From Mobula hypostoma (lineage: Eukaryota), in contig NC_086097.1 of NCBI RefSeq assembly GCF_963921235.1, positions 145,268,001 through 145,332,000 of the forward strand: a DNA stretch of 64,000 bases, written 5' to 3'. A program made the position numbers and the translations under genes. Positions 1-13,778 of this stretch are shown here, in pieces (position 1 is the stretch's first letter; each line of letters begins with the position of its first letter). The notes beneath the pieces were generated by a model, which saw only the letters and a program-made list of their open reading frames with translations, did not search any database and had not been told where the DNA came from.

Positions 1-619
1 CTACGGTGATACAGTAAGAAACTGAGGCAGACGAGACCATGTTTACTTTCTGACCCAGAAATATTTGATGCTTATGGAATATATGTATATATGACAAAAA
101 GTTCCCTCCAGCAGCACTGACAACCTGAGTTCATTTAGTTCTTTCAGAGCATAATTCAAACATATCTAACACGTAAAGTTAAATGGGGAGGGGGTGGAAA
201 CAGAAAACTGTACATTAAACTTTTTACAGCTTGTGGAGATCCTTAAGCTCTTTATAGTAAATTAAATAATTGTTCAAGTCTAGATGCTGTTACAATGTTA
301 ACATCTTAACAGCCATTTTATACAACAAATTCTAGTGCAATATGACTCACTAATCTTATTCTTTAGAGGTGTTCATTGATTGATAAATGTTGACCGAGAC
401 ATTGGAAATATTTTCCATTGCTCTACTTTGAATAAAGATGCAGGACTTTTAATGCTTCTCTCAAAAGGGAAAGGATAAGGGATTTGTACCAATTATAATA
501 TAAATATGCTGCTGGCACCTTGTTGCATGACTAGGACATCACCTTGAGGAAGAATAATATGGAGAATCAACAGACAGAGAAAAGATTTCCTTGTGTTTTT
601 AAGAGTGAAACTTGTTCTT

Positions 620-2086
620 TCTTTCTTTTTAAATCTTTTTATTAATTTTTCAAAATTATAAACTCAATTACAAAGTTGGTACAAAGAGATTGGAAAAATG
701 TTCATCAGCATATATAAAATGAATTTTAAGTAACATAGATATAAAAGACTTCCAAACTCATAATGAGATTAATCATTAGAAAAAGAAATAAAAAGAAAAA
801 ATATATATAAACAAACAAAAACCCCAAAAGAAAAAGAGAAAAAAAAACCCAAAAAAAGCAAAACAGGGCTAGACCAACAGCTTGTATCAGACATGTTCAA
901 TAATGTCGTTAACTCTGTTCCTCTCATCATATAATTTAAGTTTAGAAAAAAGATTCGGAAAGGTCAGATTACATCATATGAAAATGTTGCATAGAAGGTT
1001 TCCAAGTTTCTTCAAATTTAACCAAAGGGTCAAAAATATCACTTCTAATTTTTTCTAAATTTAAACTTAATATGGTTTGAGAAAACCATTAGAATGTTCA
1101 ACAAAATAGATCTTCTCACCATTAAAGTAACAAAAGCTATCATTCGACAGGCTGAAGAAGACAAAGATCTATGTTCTATCACTGGCAATCCGAAGATTCC
1201 CGTAATAGGACGGGGTTTTAAATCGAAGCATAGAACTGTTGAAATAATATCAAAAATGTCTTTCCAATATTCTTCCAAAAGAGGACAGGACCAAACCATA
1301 TGAGTTAAAGAAGCCACTTCAGAGTGACATCTATCACAAGTAGGGTTTATATGGGAATAAAAATGAGCTAGTTTATCTTTGGACATATGAGCTCTGTATA
1401 CTACTTTAAATTGTATTAATGTATGTTTAGCACATATAGAAGAAGTACTAACTAATTGAAAAATTTTTTTCCATTTCTCTATAGGTAGGGAAAGTTGAAG
1501 TTCCCTTTCCCATTCATTTTTGATTTTATCAGATATATCTGGCTGTAATTTCATAATTATATCATAAATTATTGCTATTAATCTCTTCTGCAAAGGATTA
1601 AAACCTAAAATTTTATCAAAAATGCCAGAAGGATTTGAAGTCGGAAAGGTAGGCAACGTAGTATTTAAAAAATTTCTTATTTGTAGGTATCTAAAAAAAT
1701 GGGATCTAGGCAAATCAAATTTCTTGGATGACTGCTCAAAAGACATAAAGCAGTTATCCAGAAATAGATCACGAAAACATACCTTTCATTTTCCATTTCA
1801 AAAATGTTTGGTCCATTACCGAGGGGTGGAAAAAGAAATTAGATATAATAGGGCTTGAGAACATAAATTCATTCAGGCCAAAAAATTTACGAAATTGAAA
1901 CCATATTCGCAATGTGTATTTAACTATAGGGTTGAAAATTTGTTTATTCAATTTGAATAGTGCAAAAGGAAGTGAAGTTCCTAAAATGGAAGCTAAAGAA
2001 AACCCTTGTACAGAATGGCCTTCAAGGTTTACCCAATATGGGCTTGGAGTTATATGCCAATCTTGTGTCCAAAATATTAAGTATCG
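620..2086 (-). mobile_element. 5'-truncated L1/Tx1-like LINE, ORF2 C-terminus (zf-RVT-like) and 3' UTR
   Basis: ORF 1045-1746 has the CDRC...SLTHMVWSCP zinc-knuckle motif typical of L1-clade ORF2; upstream ORF 1769-1951 continues it (frameshifted); minus-strand AATAAA and A-rich tail near 620-645; aacttgt on both flanks may be a TSD remnant. Confidence 0.8.
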
Positions 2087-2311
2087 GGAACTTGTACTGC
2101 CTTAGTTGAAGCTTAGTCATGAAATGCAATTAAATCACACAGTGAGTATTAAACCTATCAGTACAATTGGTAAGTGATTTTCACTGTGATAAAGTAAACA
2201 AGGAGATAGGAAACCTGAGAACTAAGTTTAGAGTTTCTGCAGAAGTAAGGCTGGGGTTGACTTGATATGTGTTTTACATTGTTGTATTAATCTTGATACT
2301 GTGCCTTCCAG

Positions 2312-2437
2312 GGACTTCCCCAATCATGGAGTGTACAATACACCCGACTTCTTCCAATCTGACTGGCTGAATGAATACTGGGATACTATCAAACTGGATG
2401 ATTATCGTTTCACTTACATGGGTCCCAAAGGATCATG
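2312..2437 (+). CDS. JMJD4: JMJD4 (JmjC 2-oxoglutarate/Fe(II) oxygenase) internal exon; upstream exons lie outside the window
   Basis: ttccag|...|gtaggt; encodes DFPNHGVYNTPDFFQSDWLNEYWDTIKLDDYRFTYMGPKGSW, matching the recalled JMJD4 motif SDWLNE.WD...DDYRF.Y.GP.GSW. Confidence 0.93.
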
Positions 2438-4131
2438 GTAGGTATATCTTGTGTTAAAGTTCAAAGTAATTTTTGTTATCAAGTAACTCTAACAGGATCA
2501 ATGCAAGATCAACTAGAGTGCAGAGACAACAAACTGTGCAAATACAATATAAAGAAATAGCAATAAATAACGAGAATATGAGATTGTGAGATAAAGAGTT
2601 CTGAAAGTGAGATCATTGGTTGTGGGAACATTTCAATGATGGGATAAATGAATATAGTTATCCCCTTTTATTCAAGAGCCTGATAGCTGAGGGGTAGTAA
2701 CTGTTCCTGATCTTGGTGGTGCCAGTCCCAAATCTCTTGTACCTTCTACCTGATGGAAGCAGTGAGAAGAGAGCATGAGGTATTTTCTACACTAATAAGG
2801 GCAACACTAAATTATATCAAAGGATCTTAGAGTTGCATGGAGTCGTATCCTCAGCCAACAGACCAAACTACTTGATCCAACTGCTTTGTGCCAGAATTTA
2901 TGCTGCATGAGACTCCTCTCGGCTTACCTGCAAATTTTGTAGCATATCTTTATATTCTTTCGCCCTCAAATGTATCTAATTTATATGCCTCAGCTGGGCA
3001 CCAAAGTTGTTTTCTCCTGAATTCCTGTTACATTTAGTTTTAGACTTAAGTTTCGACAAACAGTGAAACATTTTCTGTATGTTCAACCTTTCATCTTATA
3101 AACTTAACTTAGGTTACATCTCATCTATACAGTTTTTTGTAAAAGGTTTCAGTTAACCAGAAGCTAACTGATAATCAGAAATCTGGTAATAATCTGTTGA
3201 AAATAAATTTCCCCATCAATTGATTAAAATCTAATCCGTGTTCTAGAGCAGTGGTTAATTACTATTGATAACTAGTAGCCATGTTCAAGTATTATTTAGT
3301 CTACCTTCTAACATGTATTGCCAATTCCAGTTGCAGTGGTACATTTTAAAGGAGCAGAAGAGAACAAATTACTGTATCAAACAGAGTCCAAGGTTGAACA
3401 ACGTACTTTTTCACTTTCCTCACAAATGTCTTAGCTGAATAAGTTTCCTGTTCAATTGTTATTTGAAGCTAATATGTGCTGCTACCATCTCCTTGGACTG
3501 GTTTATCACTGTATTAGCCTCTGACAATTAGCTAGACTATGACAACTCTCACTCATTCCTCAATCACATTTCATTTACTTATTCCCAAGAAGAACAGAAT
3601 GGCCACTGTTACAAAATTGTTCAAGAGATTGACAAAGAAATGCCATTTTTCTACAGAAATTGACTAATTGGAAACAGATATTGACCAATTGGTAACCTTG
3701 TGTATGTTCAAATTCCTTACTTGCATTATCAATCCCCAATCACAGTATGATAATTCATACGTTAATAGCCAATAGTATCTTTGCGTTAAAGGCCATTAAT
3801 ATTTCTGAATTGGTAAAATAACTGTCCAATAGTAAATAGAATTGTTCGTTAGCATGTTTACCTTCTCTTAGTATGCCAAATAGCTCTGGTTCTGTGCTGT
3901 GCAAAGGGAGTTATGTTCTTCAAAGGCATTTCTTGCCAGCGTTCATTACACACTATCTGCAAATTATCCCCTCCTGAACGTATCTTAACCCCCACCGCAA
4001 TTTATACACTTCTGGAAATTGTTTTGGATGAAAAGAGAAATTGATGGAATGAAAAGAAAGTAGAAAATCTTATAGGTGCTGGCTGAGTTCATAGTGATGT
4101 AATACACATCCCTTTCCCCCTGCCTCTGTAG

Positions 4132-4399
4132 GACACCATTCCATGCTGATGTATTCCGATCCTACAGCTGGTCAGCCAACATCTGCGGGAGGAAGAAATG
4201 GCTATTATTTTCTCCTGGACAGGAGGAACATCTGCGAGACTGCAGTGGTAATCTTGTTTATGATGCTGAGTCTCCAATCCTGCAGGACAAGAATTTATAT
4301 CCAAACTACAGCCAGTGCTGTCAACCCATTGAGGTGGTGCAAGAAGCTGGAGAGGTCATCTTTATCCCTAGTGGTTGGCACCATCAAGTATACAACCTG
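4132..4399 (+). CDS. JMJD4: JMJD4 exon with the JmjC Fe(II) ligands
   Basis: ctgtag|...|gtacaa; TPFHADVFRSYSWSANICGRKKW...FIPSGWHHQVYNL (HxD...H triad); phase continues from previous exon. Confidence 0.95.
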
Positions 4400-4758
4400 G
4401 TACAAAAAAAAATCTTGTTTTTTTTTAATTCCCTTTGACGTTGGGGCTGGCATTGGTTTCATTAGCCACATATTGTCAGTGATTTGTTGAACTTAATTAT
4501 TGGGGCACTTAAAGCAAAACAACATTTATTTTACTATATCATTATAATTTAACAAATTTTATTAAAGAGGGAATTTATCATAAAAGTAAAAGGGATGGTG
4601 GACTAGTCGCTTATCAGATAAGTGATATATATAATCTAATCTAATCTAATATATTTATATACGGTGTACCTGAGTCATCATTTTTTGAATCTGAAAACCA
4701 TTGCCTCAAGTATACGCATATAATTTTTTGTCTTAAACTTTCCATGGATTAATTAGAA

Positions 4759-5986
4759 CCGCAGTCCCCAACCACCGGGCCGCGGACCGGTACCCGGCCG
4801 CAGAGCATGCGCTACCGGGCCGCGAGGAAACGATATGATTTGGCGATATGAGTCAGCTGCACCTTTCCTCATTCCCTGTCACGCCCACTGTTGAGCTTGA
4901 ACGCACGCGAGGTCATTATCCACGCATCATCCACGTCAGCGCGGGAAGGAGATCAACTCCTCGAGCTTGTAAATGACGGCGGGCTGAAAAGCACGTTTGA
5001 CATAACATCTCTGCCGGCATTCTGGATCAAAGTCAAGGCTGAATATCCTGAGATAGCCACGAAAGCACTGAAAACGTTGCTTCCATTTCCAACCTATCTC
5101 TGCAATAAATGCAACGAAAACTAAATTGCAGAATAGACTGGAAATAAGGAAACCCCTTCGAGTATCGCTGTCTCCCATCACTCCTCGATAGGACCGTCTT
5201 GTTGCAGGAAAACAAGCCACGGCTCCCACTGATTCAGCGATATTGGTGCGTTGCGATGATTTTATATGTTCATACGGGGAAAATATGCGCTGTGTGTTTA
5301 ATATTCAGACGTTACTTAAAATGTTATGATGCTATGACTTATATAACCATATAATAATTACAACAGGGAAACAGGCCATCTCTGCTCTTCCAATCCGTGC
5401 CGAACGCTACTCTCACCTCGTCCCACCGACCTGCACTCAGCCCATAACCCTTCATTCCTTTCCTGTCCATATACTATCCAATTTAACTTTAAATGATAAT
5501 ACCAAACCTGCTTCTGCCACTTCTACTGGAAGTTTGTTCAACACTTAGTTCAAGCTCCCCTGTCCTCCCCTGATAATTGACTTATCGCTATATTCATGCG
5601 AGGAAAATATGCGCTGGGTGTTTAATATTAAATTCGTTAGATTATCCCCTTTAGAAACAAAATTCAGTGTATTAGCCTCTTATCACCGATATTCCGGTCG
5701 TGATTAACACCGCCCACCGCCCACCCCCACCGAACAGAATCACCAAAAACGATTTGTAGAAAATAATCAGCAGGTGCACGCATGCGCAAGTCACACATGT
5801 GCACTGGTGCCCGCGCAAGGCTTCATGGTCATTGTAGTCATCTGGGTAAACAACGTATTTGACTGCTATTCTTGTCTGTTGGCAACCATCTCGCCCCGCG
5901 CCCCCCCCCCCCACCGGTCGGCCGGTCCGCAAGAATATTGTCAATATGAAACCAGTCCGCAGTGCGAAAAAGGTTGGGGACCCCTG
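4759..5986 (+). mobile_element. hAT/Charlie-type DNA transposon, internally deleted
   Basis: Imperfect TIRs ccgcagtccccaacc / ggttggggacccctg; 8-bp TSD aattagaa (4751-4758) / aattagta (5987-5994); transposase C-terminal dimerisation remnant FWIKVKAEYPEIATKALKTLLPFPTYLC (4891-5124). Confidence 0.85.
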
Positions 5987-6084
5987 AATTAGTATGGCTG
6001 ATATTTTTGGTCTGGTCTTTATGCCCTGAATGGGAACATCTCTTTTCTTTTGAAGAGGTGTAATGTGTAATAAATCTCCTTCAG

Positions 6085-6231
6085 GAGGACACCATCTCAA
6101 TCAACCACAACTGGCTCAATGGCTGCAACATAGACATTATGTGGAGTTTTCTACAGGGGGAACTAACATCTGTCCAGGGCGAGATTGAGGAGTGGAAGGA
6201 CCATATGGAGGATTGGCACCAACACTGTCAG
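6085..6231 (+). CDS. JMJD4: JMJD4 exon
   Basis: ttcag|...|gtagga; EDTISINHNWLNGCNIDIMWSFLQ...DWHQHCQ. Confidence 0.95.
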
Positions 6232-7149
6232 GTAGGATTATTATTATTATTATTCTCCTTCTCCTTCTCCTCATTCCAAGTTTTTATTTAAAAATGAAAC
6301 TTAATATACCATTACCAGACTTCTTAATTCTCAGGGTCTGGGTACAGCTGATAGTTTCAACTACTCTGAAAATATATTTTTTTAAACTGCTTATATTTTT
6401 ACAGCACTTTTAATGTGGCAATATGTAACAGTGTTATCAATTAAAGTTTGACATCCAGCTACATAGAAGAGGTGGATGGGAAAAATAAATATAAGATGGG
6501 AAATTTCATAGCTTAAAATTGTGACAGTTGATGGCATAACCACCAATAATGGGGTTATTGTGACCCCAAAATTGGAAATATGTAGACATTCAGAAGGGTT
6601 AAAGGTCTGTTAAAGACAGTAGAGATAGAAGGAGAAAACATATAGATAGATTTCAAAATAATCTTTTCAATCTTAAATCATTGTTTAATCGGGAGCCAAA
6701 TTTGGACAGGAAGCATTAGAGTAAATAGAAGCTGGTGTACTTAGATATTGGATTATCTCAATTCTACCTATGCAAGACAAACTGGGGAAAACCAAGATTG
6801 TATTGGAAATGTCATGTCTACCAGTAACAGTCAGATGGATACCCCTTTTAAATGTGAAGTGGAAAATGGCAGTAGTGCTGGTGACACAGATATGTCATCT
6901 ATTCTTGGGAACTCGTATGTTTCAGAGATTGATAATGATCTGAGTCACTTTTCAAGAATTTATTCATGTGTGGGTGTGGGATTGGAATTACTATCTAAGG
7001 TAAAGAGTTTGCAATTTTGGTCCTCTGGATAATGGGATGAATTCTGCATGTCATTCAACTTGTCTGGAAATTTGGAAATCACAAGGACTGAGAGATTATG
7101 GTGATATTATCCAGAAATATTGCAGAAATGCGGAATATACATTCAAATT

Positions 7150-7459
7150 AGGGATGGCATCCGTTAGTCTTGCGAGACCATGGATCTGCACCTGGAAAGT
7201 CTTCACTCTCCAGGGCGCAGGCCTGGGCAAGGTTGTATGGAAGACCAGCAGTTGCCCATGCTGCAAGTCTCCCCTCTCCACGACACCAATGTTGTCCAAG
7301 GGAAGGGCATTAGGACCCATACAGCTTGGCACCAGTGTCGTCACAGAGCAATGTGTGATTAAGTGCCTTATTCAAGGACACAACACGTTCCCTCGGCAGG
7401 GGCTCGAACTCACGACCTTCAGGTAGCTAGTCCAATGCCTTAACCACTTGGCCACGTGC
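7150..7459 (-). mobile_element. tRNA-derived SINE with probable RTE-like 3' end
   Basis: Minus strand starts gcacgTGGCCAAGTGGttaagg (A box) ... GAGTTCGAGCC (B box), then a ~240 nt GC-rich body. Confidence 0.7.
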
Positions 7460-7779
7460 TCACATGAAAGAGAGCTAATTAACAAACTTTGCACAAAAAG
7501 GGATTATCATGCAGTGTGCCCCTCTGAGGATGGATTGAAATCTGATGGCTGAGCAAATTGCAGTCTTGATGCTAACTCTTGCTGACGTCTGGTTTGATGG
7601 TAGAGGGAAAATTAGATGGTCACCAATCCATTCTCTACCTGGCCAGGCTACGTTTAGTGGGACACAATGGCAGAATTTTTACTATTTGGCCACAACTAAT
7701 ATGCTAGTTGATGAGTGTATTAAAATTTGTGAAACAATAACTATAGGCAGTGACTGTTCTTTATTCCCATTTGGCACAG

Positions 7780-8091
7780 GTACTATTGAAATCATGCACT
7801 GGAATCAACTACTGTGAATTCTACACCTTTCTGAAAATAATTTCTAAAAATAGGATGGCCATACTAGATACTTCTGCAGAAGGCAGCGCTCCTCTCAAAA
7901 ATGCATTTCCCTTAGAACTGTCTGCACTTGGGCCGTATCACGCAGTGTTTGATTTATACCGAAGTGAAAGTGTGCTAACTTCATTGCTTGCCAATGAGAC
8001 CTTTAATAGACTAGATACAGACTTGCTAGATCCTCGGCCTGAGGACATGTTACGCGAAATTCGAGAAGTATTGGATGCTACCTCATTGTAA
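7780..8091 (+). CDS. JMJD4: JMJD4 last coding exon
   Basis: gcacag|GTA; VLLKSCTGINYCEFYTFLKII...EVLDATSL, TAA at 8089-8091. Confidence 0.93.
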   Translation, partial: VLLKSCTGINYCEFYTFLKIISKNRMAILDTSAEGSAPLKNAFPLELSALGPYHAVFDLYRSESVLTSLLANETFNRLDTDLLDPRPEDMLREIREVLDATSL

Positions 8092-11000
8092 TGTTCTGCT
8101 TTTGTGTGGTCATTTCATGTAAACTAAGTTATGTTCTAACCTCTCTTATGAAGTGAAGGGAAATCATAAAACAGGCTTAATGCTAAGAAGATCAGAGTGA
8201 GAAGAAAATGGTCAGTGTAATACTCACTGTGTACCTGTTGCAAGCTGGTACATGGATTTGGGTGCAATGCACAAGCACTAGGATAGTAGGTAATTATGTC
8301 ATTTTCCTGGCAATCCAGAAAATAAAATTTCAAATCCCATTGATGTTGAAACATTGGATTGTGTGGGGAAAACAAATCTGGAAATGAAAGGCTTGAGCTA
8401 TTAAAACAGCGGCCATGAAACTGGAAGAGAAACCAAGCTGCCTTACTGTGCTTCCTTTAGCAGAAAATATGTAACATGGCCAGCTTATGATTCTGCAATG
8501 CACCTCTAATTGATCTGGTGAAACGCTCAGATACAAAACAAAATTGTTGGAGCCATTAATTTTTCAGATTGCAGCTACTTAAATGAAAAGTGGACTCTGT
8601 TACAATCCAAAACACAAGGCTGTAACAGATATTCCTGCATGGATAAAGCACTGGAGGAAGACAAGCCAGTGACTTTATTATAGTGCAGCAGCCTCTGAGA
8701 AGTTGGGTTCTTAATCACAGGAACGGGACTTCAAACATATAGAAAGCACACAGAGGCACCATTGAAATCAAAATGATGTGTTGAAGAGTAACTAAACGTG
8801 TATTTCAAAACAATTGTTGAACAGCAAAGTATTTTATTTTTATACTTTCACTGCTAATTTTAAATGTTTTTTTTTGGCATCCTCACCGTGAAAGCTGTGC
8901 TGAGGTAACCGGAGCTGGAACCTGACCAGGGTTCTGATCCAAGTGGAATTAAGAGACTTCATTCTTTGCCCAGAGTCTAGTGGAGTAACTTCTGTTAAAA
9001 AGTGCAAAGGGCTGGTCAATATTTGAAAAATGTCAGGAAGTAAAATGTTCAAAGGCCAGCGGCAGGAGCTGATTGGAGTTCAAAGCCTAGTTTTCGGAGT
9101 CCCATCATCACTGCTTTGAGGTCTGGAGCTTGAGCCCTCATCCAGGGTCCTCAGTTGTCAGCATCTGTGACTCCTGGGTTGATATCAAAGATTAAAGCAT
9201 AAAGGTCAATTGAAGCAGTTGTTGCCTTATTGCTTGGCATGTTCTGTTTTATTGTGTTCTTGGGTCTGCTGAGCATTGTGGGCATGCTATGTTGCCACCA
9301 CGTTGTTGGGCAACAGTTGTGGGCTGCCCCCAGCACATCCTTGGATGTATTGGTTCTTAATGCCAATAACACATTTCACTGTATGTATGTTTCGATATAT
9401 ATTTGATAAATAAATCTGAATTTGATCTAGACCTATTCCTTGGATTGTAGATGATAACTCATAAGCAACACTTTCAAAACCAAGTTATTGCTGAAATAAG
9501 AAATGTAGACAAACATATCAGCAGATTTTCAGACATGCCACACAGCTGCTTACTAATTGTTCAAACGATATAAAATATAAAATTAAGGTGAAAGCCAACA
9601 GAACAATGTCATGGTTTATTCAATAAGTGCACCAAGTAGTGTGAACCTGACACTGACAGACCATGGGAAGTTCAGTTACTCTTGTAGTTGAAAATGAAAC
9701 TTGAAATTTCTCAAGTTTAATAACCTTAGCTGAAATAAGTGTTGAGTTAAGCTTTATAAGTCATTCCAATGTCAAGGGGTGGAGAAGGGAAGAGAGAATC
9801 AACCAGAATTTCTGCTGCTGGTAACATTGTCAATGGAATTCAGATGTAGGTAAGTGAGCTTGATTCAGATTCTAATCAGCATTGGAGTGCAAAAAATAAT
9901 TTCAGGATTCATAGTTGGTAATACAAATGTTATAATATTTATTTACAAAAGCAAAAATATATACATTCATTAATTCCCTTATCTAATTATATACTAATGA
10001 ACATTCCTCACAAATGTGATGGAGTCAATGCTAATGGCCTATAAAATTAAATGGCTTTTGAATTTGAAGTGGAATTGTAGGAACAGGAAATGTAAATTAA
10101 CAGTTCTTACAGTTTTACCACACTAAAAACATTGATTACGTTACCCCACAAGTTATTTACAGATTTAATGCCATAATAGTTGTAAGGTGGAAAACAGTTT
10201 ATACAAAGTTCTCAGTATATACTTTTAGCCACCAGTACCATAATGATATACTGTATATATACATTTCAATTTCAATAACTAGATGGTGGTCCCTATGAAC
10301 ATCACATGAGAAGAAGTATTTGAAACATTCAATCTGTACTCTATTTTGTGTCCTGTATGTCAGCCAAGAAGTCCAGCCTCAAACATTGAGTTGCAACTTC
10401 CTCCAAGATAAATTTTACAGAAACTTAAAGCATTTTCTTTCAGCTTATATGCTTTAACCAGTTCTGTTAATCAACCAATATGTCCAATACACTCTGTATT
10501 TGCTATAAAATGGACCTTAATGAGTTATCCTTTTAATAATTGTTCTCTATTTAAATTTCTCTGTTGCATGCCTGTTTAAACTAAACAGTAACACCAATTT
10601 TCTTTCCAGGGCTTCCAAACTAAGTTTCTTAATCTCCTTTCAATCCTATATTCTACAGCTTTTCGAAGCCCAATATTAATTATTTGATTTACGTCACCGA
10701 GATTTAAGTTTGTCTACCCAGTATCATTAGCTTTGAACAATTATTAAGGACTTCCATGAATAAAGAGGACCTGGATAGGTAGCCTAGAGAGCTGTCAGTC
10801 TGAAGAAAATGGAAAATGACAGTCACTTACTATTTGTCCAGACTAATAGTTACAACTCCGAGAATATAAATTGCGGCATTTCTTTATTTACTAGGTTAGA
10901 TTAGGAAATGAGGCTGAAAATTCTTTACAGGAACAGAAGCTCCTTGGATTCTGTTACATATCTAAAATAAAACTCCTAGGAGAAAAAACTTGGTATGTGT

Positions 11001-11382
11001 GGTTGAATTCTGAAAATGCAGCAAGTCACATTCCTCAAAAGATAAAATAAAAGACTTTAATGTTGAAATCAATTGTTGCTTTGTTTTTAAACTATGATGG
11101 GGTTCAACAGGAAAGTACTACCCTATCCTTTAATTATAGTTGCTGAAAGTGTTTTAAAGTGACGCCTTTATCACCTCCTAATTAGTTGAATCTGTTTGAA
11201 GTGAAGTTTGAAGGCTCTTCCAGACTTGGGTCAAATTCTGCCTGATACTATTTCCACACCAAATGACGTGCTGGCAGATGACCTGTTCTGCAGCTCCACT
11301 TTTCAACAATATTACACGTTTTTCAGGGTCAGGATTCCTGTAGTGCTTTCTTTGCCTTCCGTTCTTTCTCGTAGCTGGCCCA

Positions 11383-11439
11383 TCATTCAGGCAAAATACT
11401 GGTTCGGATTTCCTCTTTCTGAATATGTTGGTAGCAAGA
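11383..11439 (-). CDS. ALS2CL: ALS2CL last coding exon
   Basis: ttacag|TCT; SCYQHIQKEEIRTSILPE-stop, matching the recalled ALS2CL end SCYEHIQKE. Confidence 0.9.
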   Translation of the reverse strand, partial: SCYQHIQKEEIRTSILPE

Positions 11440-12639
11440 CTGTAATGAAACAAGATGTAACCAGAAGGTTACCTATGCCATTCTAGAATATTAGCTAGAA
11501 TTTTAAATAAAAAGGCCTTATTACAATGCTTTGATTGATTATGGAGCTGAGACATTGTTGCTGTCTCCACAGATTTTGCCTGACCTATCTATGTCCAGCA
11601 TTTCATTTCATTAAGGGATAGAAATGCATACATCCAATCAACTCATGATGATATCATAGTATATCTCATTACAATTTGCTTATGAAATTTACTTACATTG
11701 CCTTCAATTGAACTAGATTTCTGAAAAAAGAGTTCAACAAGCACTTACACTTTTCAAAATACAACAAACTTGTGCTGTTTAGCACATGTAACTAAAGATG
11801 AATTTCTACACCTGAGAGTTGTAAATACTATTTAAGATAGATAGATGTGGTCTAGAATGCTTTCATCTTTCAGCAATAAATAACTTAAATTGCATTGATG
11901 CTTGTGAGACAATATGTATATAAAATGACTTACATATTGCCTTTATAAAAATAAGTGCCTTTCAAAATGATGGGATCACTATTGTTTGAAAGGCAAGGCA
12001 TACGAGTGAAAATTTCCATGTTTTAAATTGCTGCTTACTTTCTGAACAAAATCATATTCTCATTAGGAAGGGTCCAGTTTATTAAACTAGTTATTAACAG
12101 TATGCTACAATAGAAAATTTTGAGTGAAATTAACTTCATTGTTGAAGTTCTGATGGCCAGCAACATTTATCTGTAAAGATGAGGTTCTATTACATGAGCT
12201 CGATTTGTGTTTTGTTGAAAGATGAAAACAGATGTTTATCTTTCTTAAAAGACATTGATGATTTATATGTATTTTGACCAAAATCCTGACAGCTTCATTG
12301 TAAATACCGCTTCTTAACAAGGTATTCAGATTTATAAACTGTCTTAAGGTAAAAGAGAAAGTACTGGAAATACTCAGCGGTAGATAACCTTTTATCAACC
12401 GTAAGTGTTACCTTCCTCCCTCAGATGCTGCCTGACCTATTAATTATTTCATGCACTTTATTTCAGATTATTAACATTTGCAATATTTTGCATTTACTGA
12501 TATTCTTATCATTAGATGTTTAAAATATTTACTAAAGATAGCTTATCTCTTCAAAGAATTCTTCAACAAGAAAGCTGTCTAATTCTACATAGCTTTGAGC
12601 CCTGAGATGGCAGGTGTTCCACAGGCTATAGCAACTCAC

Positions 12640-12736
12640 ATCAAGAGCAGTAAGCAGGAAGTCATTCATCCCACCCACGGTGGAAGGATCCATCATGTCT
12701 CGAATTAGATGGAGTTCTGCACCCAAATGCTGGATT
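12640..12736 (-). CDS. ALS2CL: ALS2CL exon (VPS9 domain)
   Basis: caatag|...|gtgagt; IQHLGAELHLIRDMMDPSTVGGMNDFLLTALD. Confidence 0.95.
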
Positions 12737-13778
12737 CTATTGTGTGGAGAAAAAGTCAGATCTGAATTAGTTCTGCTTTATAGTAACAATGAATTAAAGT
12801 ATCCAAATTAAACACCATCTACCCAACTTCCTCATTGGACAAAGCATGGACTAGATACCGATAAGTCGTTACACTATTGATACTCTCGTGTATCAAGGAG
12901 TGCCATGTCTCACTCCCCAGTGACCCAGGTTCAAGCCCAAACTCCAATGCTGTTTTTGCGAAGTTTGCACGTTCTTCCTGTACAGAGTATACTTCCCTCA
13001 GTTGTTCCAGTTTTCTTGCACATTTCAGAGACTTGCTGTTGGCCGGTTAATTGCTATTATATATTACCCCTAGTGCAGGTGGACAGCATGAGAATTAAGG
13101 TGTATTTGTACAGTCATATAGCACAGAAACAGGCACTTTGTCCCCTGACTAGTCACCACTCACTTACACTAATTATGTGATATTGATGGACATGAAAGAA
13201 AAAATGCATAAAAGACAATTAAGGGGAATGGGATTGAACAAAGTGCTCTGAGAGCTGACTTAGACTTTAAGGGCCAAATGGCCTTACATGTTTGTGAGCA
13301 GAAATGGAACAGACGGAATCTGAATATGCTGCAAAGCTCCTCCTACAGAGCCTGATCAAACATTGAGTATAATGGAAGAGACAATCACAAAGTAGCAAAC
13401 ATAGCAAAGCAAATTCTAGATCATTATTTTGAATGAAATTGTGAAAATTTAAAAAATCAGATTGGTAAAAGGAAAATTCCAAAATCATAGCAGCAGCAAT
13501 CAACAAAATAGGCTTCTCTGTAAAACACTGGAGGGAAATGTTAAGAAAGTGTTTTACAAGTAGTTGGATACTAAGAGCAATTCATCTGAGCAGAGGCAAC
13601 AAAATTCCCCGTCTTGCCATCAACTCATTACTGATCATGTTTTCTCAAAGGACGGTATCTAAATTTCCAAAGAAACTTTATGGTCATTTGTCATTAATTT
13701 TCCAAGCTCTGATTCTTTTTTAAAGACGCCCCCTCCTACATGTTCAGCCATCATAGTAACATGCAACCTGGCACTTAC

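Noticed and set aside
4143..4490. 115-aa ORF as an independent gene
   Set aside because: Alternative frame over the JMJD4 exon 4132-4399
7390..7459. Functional tRNA gene
   Set aside because: A and B boxes are present but there is no convincing cloverleaf or anticodon arm, and it runs into a SINE body
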